Source: Schizochytrium sp. TIO01
Taxonomy: Eukaryota; Protista; Bigyra: Labyrinthulomycetes
Direction: 5' to 3'
DNA length: 64,000 bases
NCBI GenBank assembly: GCA_004764695.1
Contig: SMSO01000032.1
Coordinates: 8,588,483-8,652,482 of the forward strand
Shown here: positions 48,901-60,004 of the stretch, in pieces
Position numbering within the stretch: position 1 is the stretch's first letter
Layout: every line of letters starts with the position of its first letter
Made by a program: the position numbers and the translations under genes
Notes under the pieces: generated by a model
Databases searched by the model: none
What the model was told of the DNA's origin: nothing
What the model saw: the letters and a program-made list of their open reading frames with translations, nothing else

Positions 48901-49778
48901 TCTACCAGAGCAAGAATGACGCCAAAGAAGTATTTTCGTATGCGCTTGGGATCCTTCCAGTCAACTTGCCTGAACATGGATGCACCAATAACAAGACGGC
49001 CAAGAAAAGTAGCAGCAAGTGCAGCAACGGAGATCCAAAACAAAAATGACCAGAAGGTGGAGATCAAAGGCACAAGTTGAGTCACTAGGAAGAGAATGTC
49101 GGTAATCATATTTGCACTTTCAAGAAGTGCGTCTATAATCCCACCATACATGTCTTGCCGTTGACGTTTCTCAAACTCGTGTGGTAGAGTAATGCGCCGT
49201 GGCATACCTTTTCCCTTCATCCACCGTGTTTGACAAAATGTTATTCCAAGAAGCCTTCCCATAGATTGACATGTTGTGGCTACAGGCTTAAAAAAGCTTG
49301 CAAAACTGTTTGTTTGACCTTTATATGCTTCCACAGGGTTATCAGACCTGAACATAACTTCATCATAAATTTCTGCATGGTACTCATGAAGGTATTCAAT
49401 TCTATCCATAAACTTGGAGACAATGCGCATAAAATCTTCTAAATCTCCCATGAGTGCCTCAGCTCCACTGCGATAAAGTTCACGACCACGCTTAGCAGTA
49501 TCCACCGCAGTTTTCCGAGAATGTTTCTCGTCTCCATGTTGACGAAGAGCACGGTAGTCAATCGTGTAGTAGTGGTCAATGTTTGCGAGGCGGTTGCCGA
49601 TGGTGACAGCAGCCTCTACAAGCTTAGGGTCGTAAAGAAATTTACCATTTTCGATTGCCCGGATGAGGCGATGCTTGATAACAACATCCGTATCATGCTC
49701 TTTCGAGGCTTCACATTCTTCATCAATTATGTGATCAACTTCTTCGTTCTTACTTAGGATCCTTTCATACAAAGACAT
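45933..49778 (-). CDS. Half-XK(R)-like multipass membrane + LRR protein, paralog 1 (~1281 aa from first usable ATG)
   Basis: Long ORF; TM block with NMITDILF and LLKDLPQLAVEIVYL; cysteine-containing LRRs (LQNLNLSFCTKVSDAGL); duplicated C-terminal GGFxY module; collinear with the two downstream paralogs. The ORF track begins at GTG 49838, so the start is uncertain. Confidence 0.85.
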   Translation of the reverse strand: MSLYERILSKNEEVDHIIDEECEASKEHDTDVVIKHRLIRAIENGKFLYDPKLVEAAVTIGNRLANIDHYYTIDYRALRQHGDEKHSRKTAVDTAKRGRELYRSGAEALMGDLEDFMRIVSKFMDRIEYLHEYHAEIYDEVMFRSDNPVEAYKGQTNSFASFFKPVATTCQSMGRLLGITFCQTRWMKGKGMPRRITLPHEFEKRQRQDMYGGIIDALLESANMITDILFLVTQLVPLISTFWSFLFWISVAALAATFLGRLVIGASMFRQVDWKDPKRIRKYFFGVILALVEPISGFTVFVKQSFRDQESLRQKIIGESVGSFIKDSISTQAKVDFMAARMSILTAAVMLLKDLPQLAVEIVYLTSFQHGTIGIIFSITLITSLLAVTRQLVEAYYLLNDIPILRNLLLARHIVGDSDVDIYLQRIEDGDDLHERDDSTTFKKHPSSEDKVFRSVKRALAEFFQWDPEHDVSQCSSIPLYVASWMMKILVCPLTFGISLFWASADWASYRAYKHFRKSLKETLVLEGDPFPLVDVESEIAKKSVLCPVQLPCTTLLCCTGRAGVRRVQNGMNFNEYWLPFVFSRMDPVRMFQCVRTLDLTHCVSVNDDLLRLVAIKCQSLQNLNLSFCTKVSDAGLQAFHERGSIALTSLTLDSCLDVSDSGIAHIAQGSHKYLRELRLRNLPNLTNDTLISIANHCTGLHELALVIDPHCDANSEFYGHSLVELMKRCGSSLRALHLDNVNVHMKTDEYPNFINCISRSMRYLSLVSFSGNLTDENIRNLTKKTPFLRELRLNHSGNFADVASSIRLNCPSLRELDLRGSRIPWSDGDLLWNGLQDIQFLYLDHPSELFLFAVNKILIKQIETYQTSLRLVVGKRKPEKSQKIALKSTEERKPSIAAAPNSGNVEVFEEETRVEIFQNHASFEGLQEHAFSDNNKESFKERIDHIIHRISELSPDLLQKYNGKLQYDEPGSDNPHSAKVLALVSDLADFVRRALHRETAMPRKQFLKWLELVGEREASYGNSLVDRLEGAIFNDSLDPQVEPPQWPYLNLNTFGVMSTPRLDIKIDFANNQYTFICPRKFVGYYSLGKKLTGRISPLGGVNLHKERGVNRRGLQRHWFIPADAHFYCWAYPVHNLDMTELHFLENQNDKSTIRRLLHYGGFLYFGADRQFISASALTVGSALSYNGPYELPEQTVHSLKDRWQKVTIEKLQLEGEETEFCYIFHGEKILPPSFNEKLNPFGGFAYKSSNQKKSYFYALAGVLEAFPDLEESFLVSPIDE

Positions 49779-51499
49779 ATTATCTAAATCTGTTCTGAGC
49801 GCAGCAGCTTCCAACTGGGGGGGGGGGAGAACCTTCACTTCACTCTATCTGACGCCCATCAGGTGCTCGATTGCCTTGCCCGGACTCAATGAAAGCAGTT
49901 CGGAGTTTGGGGTCTGCTGTCGAGACCGTCGCTATTGTCCAGGAGGGATTTTAAAAAATGGTACCCGTAAGTACCTACTCTCAAAGCACCTTCCCGAAAG
50001 GGCTTTCTATTCGAAGAGTGCTTTTTTTGTTTTAACACGGCAATGCTTTCCACTTTTAATTAATACAGGAACAATGAATTGGCGAATCCAAGTTCAGTCC
50101 AAGTGCTGCGGTTTATGATTTTCTTGTTGAACAGGCTTACAGACTGAGCTGCTTATGTCGAAAGCAACAGTGGGATTGATGCTAATTGAGAATAAAGTCT
50201 GCTCATCCAGAGGAAGATTGAAAAGCCTTTAGATTGCAGATACAAATAGGTAGTTTTGCTCGAAAATTCAGGTTGGATGCAAAGGACACCAACATTAAGT
50301 ATACCAGCGGCTACCTAGTATATTTGATAGGAATATAGTAGATAGTATATTTGTAGGCTACTCGTAATAATACAAGCATGTGCACACGCAGGCCTCGTGT
50401 GCTAGCCTGCTTATATACTAAAGCCATCCTGACTAAGACAATGAGCTTGGCTGGTCCTGTGCCACATATTTGGTAGAACTGTAGTAGCTTTCAGAGTATG
50501 TTTCATGTGCGAGAATGTAGTTGCTGACCCATCTTCATTTTAAAAGGCACCCAAGCTTGAAGTTGAAATATCTCAAGCTTTAGATGCGTGTGCACCAAAA
50601 AGTTTTGATTAAAGAAAAAAAGGATTCAACCATTGGTTATGATCATTCTGATATAGTGATGAAGTTAAACTTGCGGAACTTGGCAAAGTAAGTAGTAGTT
50701 CTACTGAAGTCACTACATCGGTGTTCTGGTATTATTCTCTTCAAGCTGGATATCTTGGCACGTGCTCTACCAAGTCAATGCTTTCTGGAGGTTTGTATTT
50801 TTTGGATTCTTCAGCACCTGCTCAAAGCATCCAACTAAAATTGAATGGAATTTGCACTTAGGTCGAGGGGCTGTTGAGAGAAAACTGTTGGAGACTAAAT
50901 CCTTGCCAAAGTCGCAGGAGCGGAAGCTAAGAAGTGAGCACGCTACCCCTTCCCCCGCTTTCATCCAAAATCATTTACGCCACTTGTAATGTTGTGCTCA
51001 CTAATACAAAAATGCAGTGTGCACGTGCATGGTGTGTGTGCAGCCAGAAAATGTTTTCCGCTACCCCAAGATGACGAGCTCATTGAAGGGCAGGCTGCCA
51101 AGAGCACTACGCATTGACTTATTCACGAGAGGCGAGGCGTCATATAATTTCAAACATCAGCCTAATTGCCTGCATAAAAATCTTCCCAGTTCGATCTGAA
51201 CGAGTAATTAGCAGGAAATTGTTGTCAATGAAGATCACATTACCCCTATGGAGAATAGACTGAGCATCAGTGAAAAATATTCAAGTTCTCACATGTTAAG
51301 CATATGGTTTACTCCCATCTGAATTGATGATGAAGCTATTTAGTAGAAATGAAAGGTAATCAATGTGCTTGATCACACAGTTTTTCAAGATGCAAAATAG
51401 TTCAATTTCAAAGGAGATTTACATGCAAATATACACAACACTCGGAGTGATAGGAGATGTACAAATCCGAATAGAATTTAAAAAAAAGTATAGTATAAT

Positions 51500-54400
51500 T
51501 TAATGATGAAGAGGTTTAGGAATAAGGTCATCCGGGATGACCTCGAGGACATTGCAGAGGGAATAGAAGTAGCTATCATATTTTTTCGTTGGGTCTTTGG
51601 AATCAACTCTGTACGCAAATCCACCGAATTGGTTCTTTGTCTTGTTAAACACAGGTGGAAGAATAGTTTCATTTTGGAAAATATAGCAGAAGTAAGCCTT
51701 TTCAGCAATTTCGGGAATGAGACCCTGAATGGTGACTTCTTGCCAACGTTTCTCGGCTCCCAAGAGCTCTACAGTTTGGTCTGGTAGCTTGAAGGGGCCG
51801 TTAAAGCTAAGAGCTGATCCTATCGTAAGTGCAGATGCAGCGACGAAGTGACGATCAGCATCGAAATAGAGATAGCCACCGTAGTGCAGAAATCGACGCA
51901 CAGTATCGCCGTAGCGCTGATGCTCAAGGAAGTTGAGTAAGGAAGAGTCGAGGCCCTCAACAGGATATGCCCAACAGTAGAATCGTGCATTTTCTGGAAT
52001 GAACCAAAACTGTTGAAGACCTGCACGTGTTGCACCGGGAACCTGGTGTAAGTTCACCTCACCCAATGGACTGATTTTACCCTTGAGAAACTTGTTGTCC
52101 AATGAAAGTGAAAAGATGTCCACAAATTCATCAGGGCAGATAAATTCATACTCGTTCTTAGAAAAATCGATTTTGATGTTGAGACGACGAGTGGACATAA
52201 CTCCAAACGAGGACAACGAAATGTAAGGCCAGGGTACAGAACTAGATATAGAGTCTGCCTCGCCTTCTCCACTACGAGATACAACAGCAGCACGCAAGCG
52301 GGACTGCAGAGTTGTGCCATGTTCTAGTTCGCCTTCGCATACAAGGCTAGACCACACTTTATAGTCTGAGGAATTGAACGACAAACGATAGTCCGCGCGG
52401 CGAACATAATCAAGGATGTCACTAACAAGTGCCAAGATAGCCATGTCTGGAACGTTATTGTATTGAAGTTTTCCAGCATAGAGTTCTTTAAACCTTGGTA
52501 AAATCTTGTTGATGGCCTCAATTTGCGAGCAAATTGAGTTTTGCTCTTCATGCATTCGGATCGCTGGATGAACCACCTCTGATGCATCTGCAGTGGTATT
52601 GCCATCATCTGCTATTGTAATTCGCGTCTCTGCATTCGAAGTGGACCTTCCAAAACAGGAGGCTGTAAACATGGATTTTTTGGATAGCCTCTGGCGGAGT
52701 TTGTCGTACTTTTTAAGACGATTCGCATTGTGACCCAGATAAATACGAATCTTTTCGGGAAGTACACGGTGTGTCCAAAACCAAAATTTCTCATTCGGGT
52801 GGTCAAGCTGGAGAACCTCCAAATCAGGAAGCATAGTCCAGAGCTCTGTGCTTGTGTTCCATGGTACCTGGGTTCCGTTCATGCCAATGATGTTGAGCGA
52901 AGGACAGTTTTCGGTAAAGTAAGACACATTCTTGATCTTCGGAATGTCTGCAATCCGTAGCTCTCGAAGAAAAGGCGTACGCATAGTTAGAGCGTCCAGG
53001 CGAGAGTCAGAGAGAGACTCCATGCCTCCAAGTGACAACACTCGTACAAATCGACTGAGGCTATCTATGAACTCCTGAAAGTCAGAATCCTTAAATTTGA
53101 AGTTGATATTGTCCAGATGAAGCGAGCGAAGGGATGAACCACAGCGCGTCATGAGGTGTGCAAACGTGCTTCCTTTCATTGAGCAAAACCCATCTCGCTC
53201 TTCTTGGATAAAGACATCTTTATAGATAAGATCAACATCAAGGGCAAGCTCCCGAAGTCGGGGGCAGTTGTCGCCGATGTGGTTTAAGCTAAGTTCAGTC
53301 AACTCAGGAAGATTTCGTAGACTGAGCCGGGAAAGATGACGGTGACTATTCTTTGCAATATGTTCGATACCATCATCCGTGATTTTCATACAGTTGTCTA
53401 AGGTAATTGAAGCGAGAGCAATGCAACCCTCATCACGCAAGGCTTTAAGGCCATTGTCAGTGACATTTGAGCAAAAGCTGAGATTCAAGTTTTGAAGACT
53501 CGGACACTTTCTTGCAACAAGTTGAAGTACCTGATCATCGACACTAATGCAGTCTGTGAGCTCAAGGGTGCGAATACACTTGAAAAGACCAATGTGATCC
53601 ATGCGACTAAACGTGAAACTAAGAATACCTTCATCAAAGTTGATACCATTCTGTACCCGCTTCACACCGGTGTCTCGGCTTAGAAAGCGCTTCAGAGGAT
53701 TAAAGCCTCTCTGATTATGTGAGCTTTCAGGTTTGGAGCTGACTTTGGCATCTATTTTGACGATTGGAAACGGCTCACCTTCCATGACTAAAGTTCCGTT
53801 CAATGTATCGCGAAAATGTTTGAATGCAGTCCAAGAATACATACTTGCCGAAGACCATGTCAGCGAAAGTCCAAGCGTAATTGGCGCCATGACAAGTTTC
53901 AAGAGCCAGCTTGTCACGAATAAGCAGCAAGTGGTTTCAGGTGCATTAAAAGGATCCCAGTCGAAAAATTTCAACAGTGCAGATTTAACGCTTTGATCGG
54001 ATCGTCGTGCACGGTTCTGAAAGTACTTGCCTCCACTCGAGCGACGGCGGCCAGGACCAGGGCCTCCACGCTCTCTACCTGCGTTGTTTGGGTGAAACGA
54101 GGCTGTCTCGGGACTGTCCTCGTCATTGTTAGGTTCGCCGGTCCTTGTTGCTCGCCTAGGTCTCCCGTGATCTTTGTCTTCGTATGTATCATTTGCAATA
54201 CGAAATGTGTCGTCAGCGTTTGGGTTCAGAACAAGGTGACGTGCCAAGACAAGGTTGCGTAGCATGGGGATATCTTGAAGGAGATTGTAAGACTCTGCGA
54301 TTTGCCGTGTAGCTGCAAGCAAAGAGGTGATGAGCGCAACCCAATAGACGACTCCAAAGGTGCTGTGCTCATAGCTCGTAATATAGAGGAACTCAACGAT

Positions 54401-55510
54401 AATTTGAGGGATATCCTGAACAAGCATTACTACAGCCGTGAGGATAGACATGCGAGCAGCCATGTAGTCTGCTTTAGCTTGCGTAGCAATTGGATCCTTG
54501 ATGAAGCTTCCCACAGACTCACCAATAATACTCTGACCAAGAGATTCTTGATCTTTAAAGGAAAGGCGAACAAAGTCGTTGAAACCAGAGTTGGGCTCTA
54601 TGATTGCAACAACCAGACCAAAAAAGTACTTGCGCACGCGCTTAGGATCCTTCCAATCAACATGCTTACGCATCGATACACCAATGCAAAGACGACCGAA
54701 AAAAGTTAGGGCAAATGCTCCAATGGAAATCCAAAAGAGGTACGCCCACGATGTTTTAACCAAAACAATAAGTTCAGTAAACACAAAAAGCATATCGGAT
54801 ACCATATTGGCTACCTCTAGAAGGGCATCGAGTATCGCACCATACAGGTCTTGGCGTTGTCTTTTCTCAAATTCATGCGGCAGGGTGATAACTCGCGGCA
54901 TTGGCAAGCCGTATTTTTTCTCAAAGTGCTTGACAAACTTTCGTGGAACGAAGCCCATACCAACAAACCATACTGCCGAATGAAATCCACTAGAAATTGA
55001 TTCACATAGGTAAGCCCAAAATCCAACAATGGGCTTATATGTCTTGTCTCGATTTTTGTAGCGACTTGCAATTTCACAGTGTGACTCTTCGTGATATTCC
55101 TGAAGAAATTCGATGCGCTCTGTAAGTTTAGAGACAATATGCATGAAGTCTTCAAGATCGTTTAACATGATTTCAGACATGCGCTGGTTCAGGTAACGTC
55201 CCTTGATGCACTTGGCACCGCCTTGCGTAACATAGTGATCCAGATTAGCAAGGCGTGTACCAATGTCCACAGCAGCCTCAATTAGTTTCGGGTCGTACAA
55301 AAATTTACCGTCTTCGATAGCCTTTAGGTGGACATGAGTGATATACTCTTCATCATTATCATTATCTGTTGTAGCTTTGCTGCGAAGAATACTGTGTAGC
55401 CGCCGATCGTCTGCCTTACTCTTCTGCAGGACTTCTTTCACCTCCGATTCGCTGGGCTCCAGTTGATGGAAACTTGGAGTTTTTTGCAAAGTTTGTCTAG
55501 TATCCCCCAT
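51500..55510 (-). CDS. Half-XK(R)-like multipass membrane + LRR protein, paralog 2, 1336 aa
   Basis: Same architecture; NMVSDMLF, MLVQDIPQIIVEFLYI, LQNLNLSFCSNVTDNGL; long near-identical blocks with paralog 1 (ITLPHEFEKRQRQD, IIGESVGSFIKD). Confidence 0.9.
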   Translation of the reverse strand: MGDTRQTLQKTPSFHQLEPSESEVKEVLQKSKADDRRLHSILRSKATTDNDNDEEYITHVHLKAIEDGKFLYDPKLIEAAVDIGTRLANLDHYVTQGGAKCIKGRYLNQRMSEIMLNDLEDFMHIVSKLTERIEFLQEYHEESHCEIASRYKNRDKTYKPIVGFWAYLCESISSGFHSAVWFVGMGFVPRKFVKHFEKKYGLPMPRVITLPHEFEKRQRQDLYGAILDALLEVANMVSDMLFVFTELIVLVKTSWAYLFWISIGAFALTFFGRLCIGVSMRKHVDWKDPKRVRKYFFGLVVAIIEPNSGFNDFVRLSFKDQESLGQSIIGESVGSFIKDPIATQAKADYMAARMSILTAVVMLVQDIPQIIVEFLYITSYEHSTFGVVYWVALITSLLAATRQIAESYNLLQDIPMLRNLVLARHLVLNPNADDTFRIANDTYEDKDHGRPRRATRTGEPNNDEDSPETASFHPNNAGRERGGPGPGRRRSSGGKYFQNRARRSDQSVKSALLKFFDWDPFNAPETTCCLFVTSWLLKLVMAPITLGLSLTWSSASMYSWTAFKHFRDTLNGTLVMEGEPFPIVKIDAKVSSKPESSHNQRGFNPLKRFLSRDTGVKRVQNGINFDEGILSFTFSRMDHIGLFKCIRTLELTDCISVDDQVLQLVARKCPSLQNLNLSFCSNVTDNGLKALRDEGCIALASITLDNCMKITDDGIEHIAKNSHRHLSRLSLRNLPELTELSLNHIGDNCPRLRELALDVDLIYKDVFIQEERDGFCSMKGSTFAHLMTRCGSSLRSLHLDNINFKFKDSDFQEFIDSLSRFVRVLSLGGMESLSDSRLDALTMRTPFLRELRIADIPKIKNVSYFTENCPSLNIIGMNGTQVPWNTSTELWTMLPDLEVLQLDHPNEKFWFWTHRVLPEKIRIYLGHNANRLKKYDKLRQRLSKKSMFTASCFGRSTSNAETRITIADDGNTTADASEVVHPAIRMHEEQNSICSQIEAINKILPRFKELYAGKLQYNNVPDMAILALVSDILDYVRRADYRLSFNSSDYKVWSSLVCEGELEHGTTLQSRLRAAVVSRSGEGEADSISSSVPWPYISLSSFGVMSTRRLNIKIDFSKNEYEFICPDEFVDIFSLSLDNKFLKGKISPLGEVNLHQVPGATRAGLQQFWFIPENARFYCWAYPVEGLDSSLLNFLEHQRYGDTVRRFLHYGGYLYFDADRHFVAASALTIGSALSFNGPFKLPDQTVELLGAEKRWQEVTIQGLIPEIAEKAYFCYIFQNETILPPVFNKTKNQFGGFAYRVDSKDPTKKYDSYFYSLCNVLEVIPDDLIPKPLHH

Positions 55511-58500
55511 TATGGCCGCAACGGAGAAGGTTTGCCCCTTGCTGCTTTTGAAAAAACTGTGTTCTCAAGGATTTCGTGTTCTGCTTTTGCAAAAGCCCTT
55601 CACAGACCAATAGTTGCACCACCGCGCAGAAAACAGCACGTGCTTCTAAGTCCAAGTATAGCTAGGACTTTAGCCTCTCGTTCTCTAGCTAAGAAAGGCA
55701 GTTTGTGCGTGAATAGACGCACTACTCGACTAAGCCAGCATCGATTGGGTTTTGATGTCCTCTGGAAGTGGAAGGACTTAAGGCCCACTGCAAACCCAGG
55801 AATGATCATCTGATGCTCATTTGTTATTCACTAGTTTATAAAGTAGGTACCTACGTAAGAGGTACATAGGTAGCAGTAATGATTTTAAAAAATGACTTCG
55901 GTGTGCACAATTGTGCGCACAGGGGTAATATAGAAGTTTTTATGTATTTTGAAAACTTTGTTGTATAGTTATTGATAGTGCCTTTGGGTTACCAAAACAA
56001 GAGACTTCTGGGCCACCCCCTTCAGCACCTCCATTTTTCAAAATGGGATGCGAAAATGGAAAGGAAGAAATGGACTCCTTGGATGATCTATTGCAGATGC
56101 TCTGTCAACTTCCAGTCTAGTTAGTTCCCACGTTCGATTTTCATGCATGCCCATTGCCCACTCTGCGCACCTTTTACTCCATGCTGATTGCATGCCAACC
56201 ATTTCGCAATGGCGAATTTACAAAACACTACATATCAGATTATTGATTGGATGGCTTCATTTATCATCCACTAAAATGGGATCATCTATCAATTAAAACG
56301 TAATATCTTAAGTAGGTTGAGAACTTCAGATTTAAGCAAACGATCGAAGAGTGACGTAAACTCGTTCTGTCGCACGATTGAGGTTGATTTAAGAGCATTT
56401 TGAAGACGAAAATAGTGGCCATGACAGAAGTAGTGGGTGGTATCACTATGTGCTGTACATGCTGTGCTGGGCACACTGGCTGGCAGATTGCGAGTGCACT
56501 CCCGGTGCTTCCTTTTGTAGGTACTGCTATTACCACATTTTGACTATAAAATATGTTAGCATTTTGGACAGCGATTCGAATCACAGTTGACATTGCAAGG
56601 AATATTTCAGTAAACATAGTCAAATTGATGGATAGAGATAGATTCTACTGGTTCGGAATAAATGTTATATGATCTCAGCGCGGATCTAAATTAACTGATC
56701 CATGACCTACCACGATTCTCTATACCTTTTGGTTGGCTAGGACTACTTTATCAACGATGTGTAGGTAGACAATTGGTGTACAGACTCAGGGCGCTCGAAA
56801 GAGGGAAGTTGGCTGCTAGCAATTGCGCTTTCATTCGAAGAAAAGGTTCAACTTCATCAAATGGGCAATATGCTAAACTCGAAAAGTTCACACCTTGTAT
56901 TGTTCACATATAGAACAAATAGCGTACCTCAAAATTTATTAAGATCCTCAAAAATGTGTGCACATTGTACCTTATCTTAATTTGAAATAGTTTGAACAAG
57001 TTGCTAAACATTATGAACTTCAAACTTAGCAAACTCATATTGCCCGCGAGTTTGTGTTGCCAGCCATAATTAAAAAGGCTTGTTTGTGTGCAGGCGTAGC
57101 TGCTATTGGCGATCTTCGAAGAACAAGGAAAATGGATACTCCGGTGCTTATTACAGGAAGTGAATGCAAGAAGTCTAGAGCTGGACCAAAAAGGGTACCT
57201 CAGGTTTATGAGTGTAGCAACTTGCACATGCATACCTACGACATACAAGATAAGGGTTGCACGTTTGCTATGACATCGTAATTACATAAACTTGTCTAAG
57301 TCCGTGATAACAACAGACAATCGAAAAAACTCGAGCATGTTGGAGCGCATAGTAAAAGATTCACAGTCTTCCTTTTAAGATACTCAAAAGGGCGTTCACC
57401 ATTCAAATTCAAGACTACCTTGCAGACGAAAATAACAAGCGATATAGCCAGGGAACTACTTCTGGTTACTTTCGTAAGAATGGAAAGGGTTTTGAACAAA
57501 ATAGTGTATTAGTGCGTCTTAAAAAATAACCAGAGTGCGATTGATTCTCACAAAACAGACAAAGATTGTCAAGGCTAGACAAAAACCAAATATCCACCCT
57601 TGGCACTAGCCGATGGTCTACGTTGGTTTCGTTAGATTTTACGATTGTACATCGCCCCCCCCCCCCTCGGGTTTTGAAGTTGCGTTTGGAGGCTAGCCTG
57701 GAGGAATGATACTCTCATTCTCAAGCATCTTGATGGGCTGATACTCAGGGGAAATAATGCCAATATGTTAGCTATGAACTCGATTCTCTGGCTTTGGACT
57801 TACGGCTGGAAAATAATACAAACTTTGACGAAAAGCTCTTCAATATTATATTCTATGAGGTTATGGCACTCTCTTTATTAAATTGAATAGAAACACCTGT
57901 GATCACCTGTCCATTCTCACGTGATAAGCCTCGGGCAAACTGAGTAATGAGAGATTTGGTTGTGTCTATATTTAGTTCTGCCTACATCACCCTAACAGGT
58001 ACACTGAAGGTTTCCCTGAGGTTTGGTGCCCAGCAATTAGGATGATGTGTTTTAAGAAAGCTTTAATTGCTGCTCTTATGTGGCATATTGGAGAGTTACC
58101 ATTCGCAATTTCTGATTGAGACGTCTAGGAAACCAAGCTTCCGTTTTCCTTTTTTCAATATTCACGAAAGTCTCTCATCAGTAACAATCATACGTTTTGC
58201 GTAAAGCGAAATCAATTGACTCACTCTATGTTCACCTTCAAGAGGCTATCAATCAAGCTCATAGTCTAAGAGAAGAGCTTTAAAGCGATCAAACCAAGTA
58301 TTAGCATTATTTGTGTTGCAACATTCGATCTTCAGTGCCACCTTAGTGAGATTTGGTTTGTCTCTTTGTCTATGACTAAACCATGAACAGTATATTTTTA
58401 GTGATGGAGGGGCTATTGCTGAAACAATGTTCCCTTCTTTGATGTACATGGCCCCTTATAGATTTAAGGCATCGTCCCGTGAGACAGGAACTTCAAAGGG

Positions 58501-60004
58501 GATTAAGATACAAAAAGGTTTCAAAAACATTTTATAGCATATACAGCCAAAACGACTGGACGCCCTAATGTTTTAGACTCGTCACACGAACTAGCATGCC
58601 TCCACAGGAGTGTTATGTTATGAACTTTAATGCCTAAATGCTTTTAAAAGAATCTACAAGGATCAGCACAATCCTTATAATGGTCCGCGTTCTTGCAATT
58701 TAGTTTGATCAATTCCCCGCGGAAGACTTCAATTATCTTAGACTTCTACAAGATGCATAGATCTAGTGATCTAGCTGCAGGTTTGTCAGCGTCTTTCTGT
58801 GGGCCAGACTGAGCCGTCTATGGATGAGTTCAAAACCAAACCTCCAGCTCTTGCGGTCTTGGCCTTTCCATCGCTAGTCTTTTCAGTCTCGTACTCGCTT
58901 CATATGCCAGAGCACGCATTTAAAGAGGTTTTCACAGCTGGAGGCATTCCTTTGCTTGCTCTGCACGCATTTTTGTCCACATCTATGCGGCTTTCATAGC
59001 GCGTTTCTCTCAATCTCATCACGTGCAAGTTTAACTGCAGGAAAGAATTCAACTATGCGAAATGAAAAACTGTCCTCCTTCAAGCAATGTCATTACCTAT
59101 CAGCTGAGCCACGTCTTGCAATTGTGCCTGCTTCCACGCCTTGAATAGTCTCGGTCAAAGACGCAACCTTATGCCTTTTGCAGCTTGCCTAGCCTACTCG
59201 GAGAAGCTGAGATTTTCTTTTGGTAAATAAAACACAGCCTTTATCCATCTCGCACGATTTTATCTAAACCCCAAAAGATTGATATGAATGCAGTGAGAGT
59301 GATGATAAGAGCACTTCCCGACTCGATTCCTGCAGTCATATTTCATAATATATACAATTCAGAACAAGCGCCTAAAATTACTACTCGTGATAAAGTACGA
59401 TAATATTATGGTGCGTCGTACTCACCGTGTGTTTGTGTACTCTCAATCACGCCTTATTGAGCGTAAGAATGGTTCCCGCACTATTAGTACTTTCCTTAAG
59501 ACTTACTTGCAGAGACTAAACTTCCCAGCCCACACAAGTTAAAGACTCGTCAGCCAATAATGGGGCAATGGCTCTCATGTGCTGGCACTAGTCTGAATAT
59601 CGAGCTTGTCTCCGTTCCTGCCTCAAGGATCGGGTACGACATTGCAAGATGCAAAAAAACTATGTCCAAGCAAATATAGCATAGCTAAAGTAATATTTAG
59701 CCACAATGTCCGTCGATCATCATAACAGGAACGTGACAATTCAGCAATGACCATAGAACTTAGTCTTTCACCTAAAAACACAAGCAAAATAATCAACGTA
59801 TCGTCGAAGCCTTGCGTTGGCTTTGACGAGATTGTTCGTACGCAGCACAAGTTGATCTAGCGAGCAAGCCTCTTCGTGCGCCGGTGGCAGTCTCTTTGCT
59901 CCCGCCACCCTACTTGATTGGGTTCTTGCCGACATCCTGCCCGGGATCGGCGCGTGCCGCATCCAGGTTAGGCTGACAAGCATCGACAGCTTTGGCATAA
60001 ACCC

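Noticed and set aside
56040-59200. Possible fourth XK-LRR paralog or pseudogene between paralogs 2 and 3
   Set aside because: The fragments I translated show none of the family motifs.
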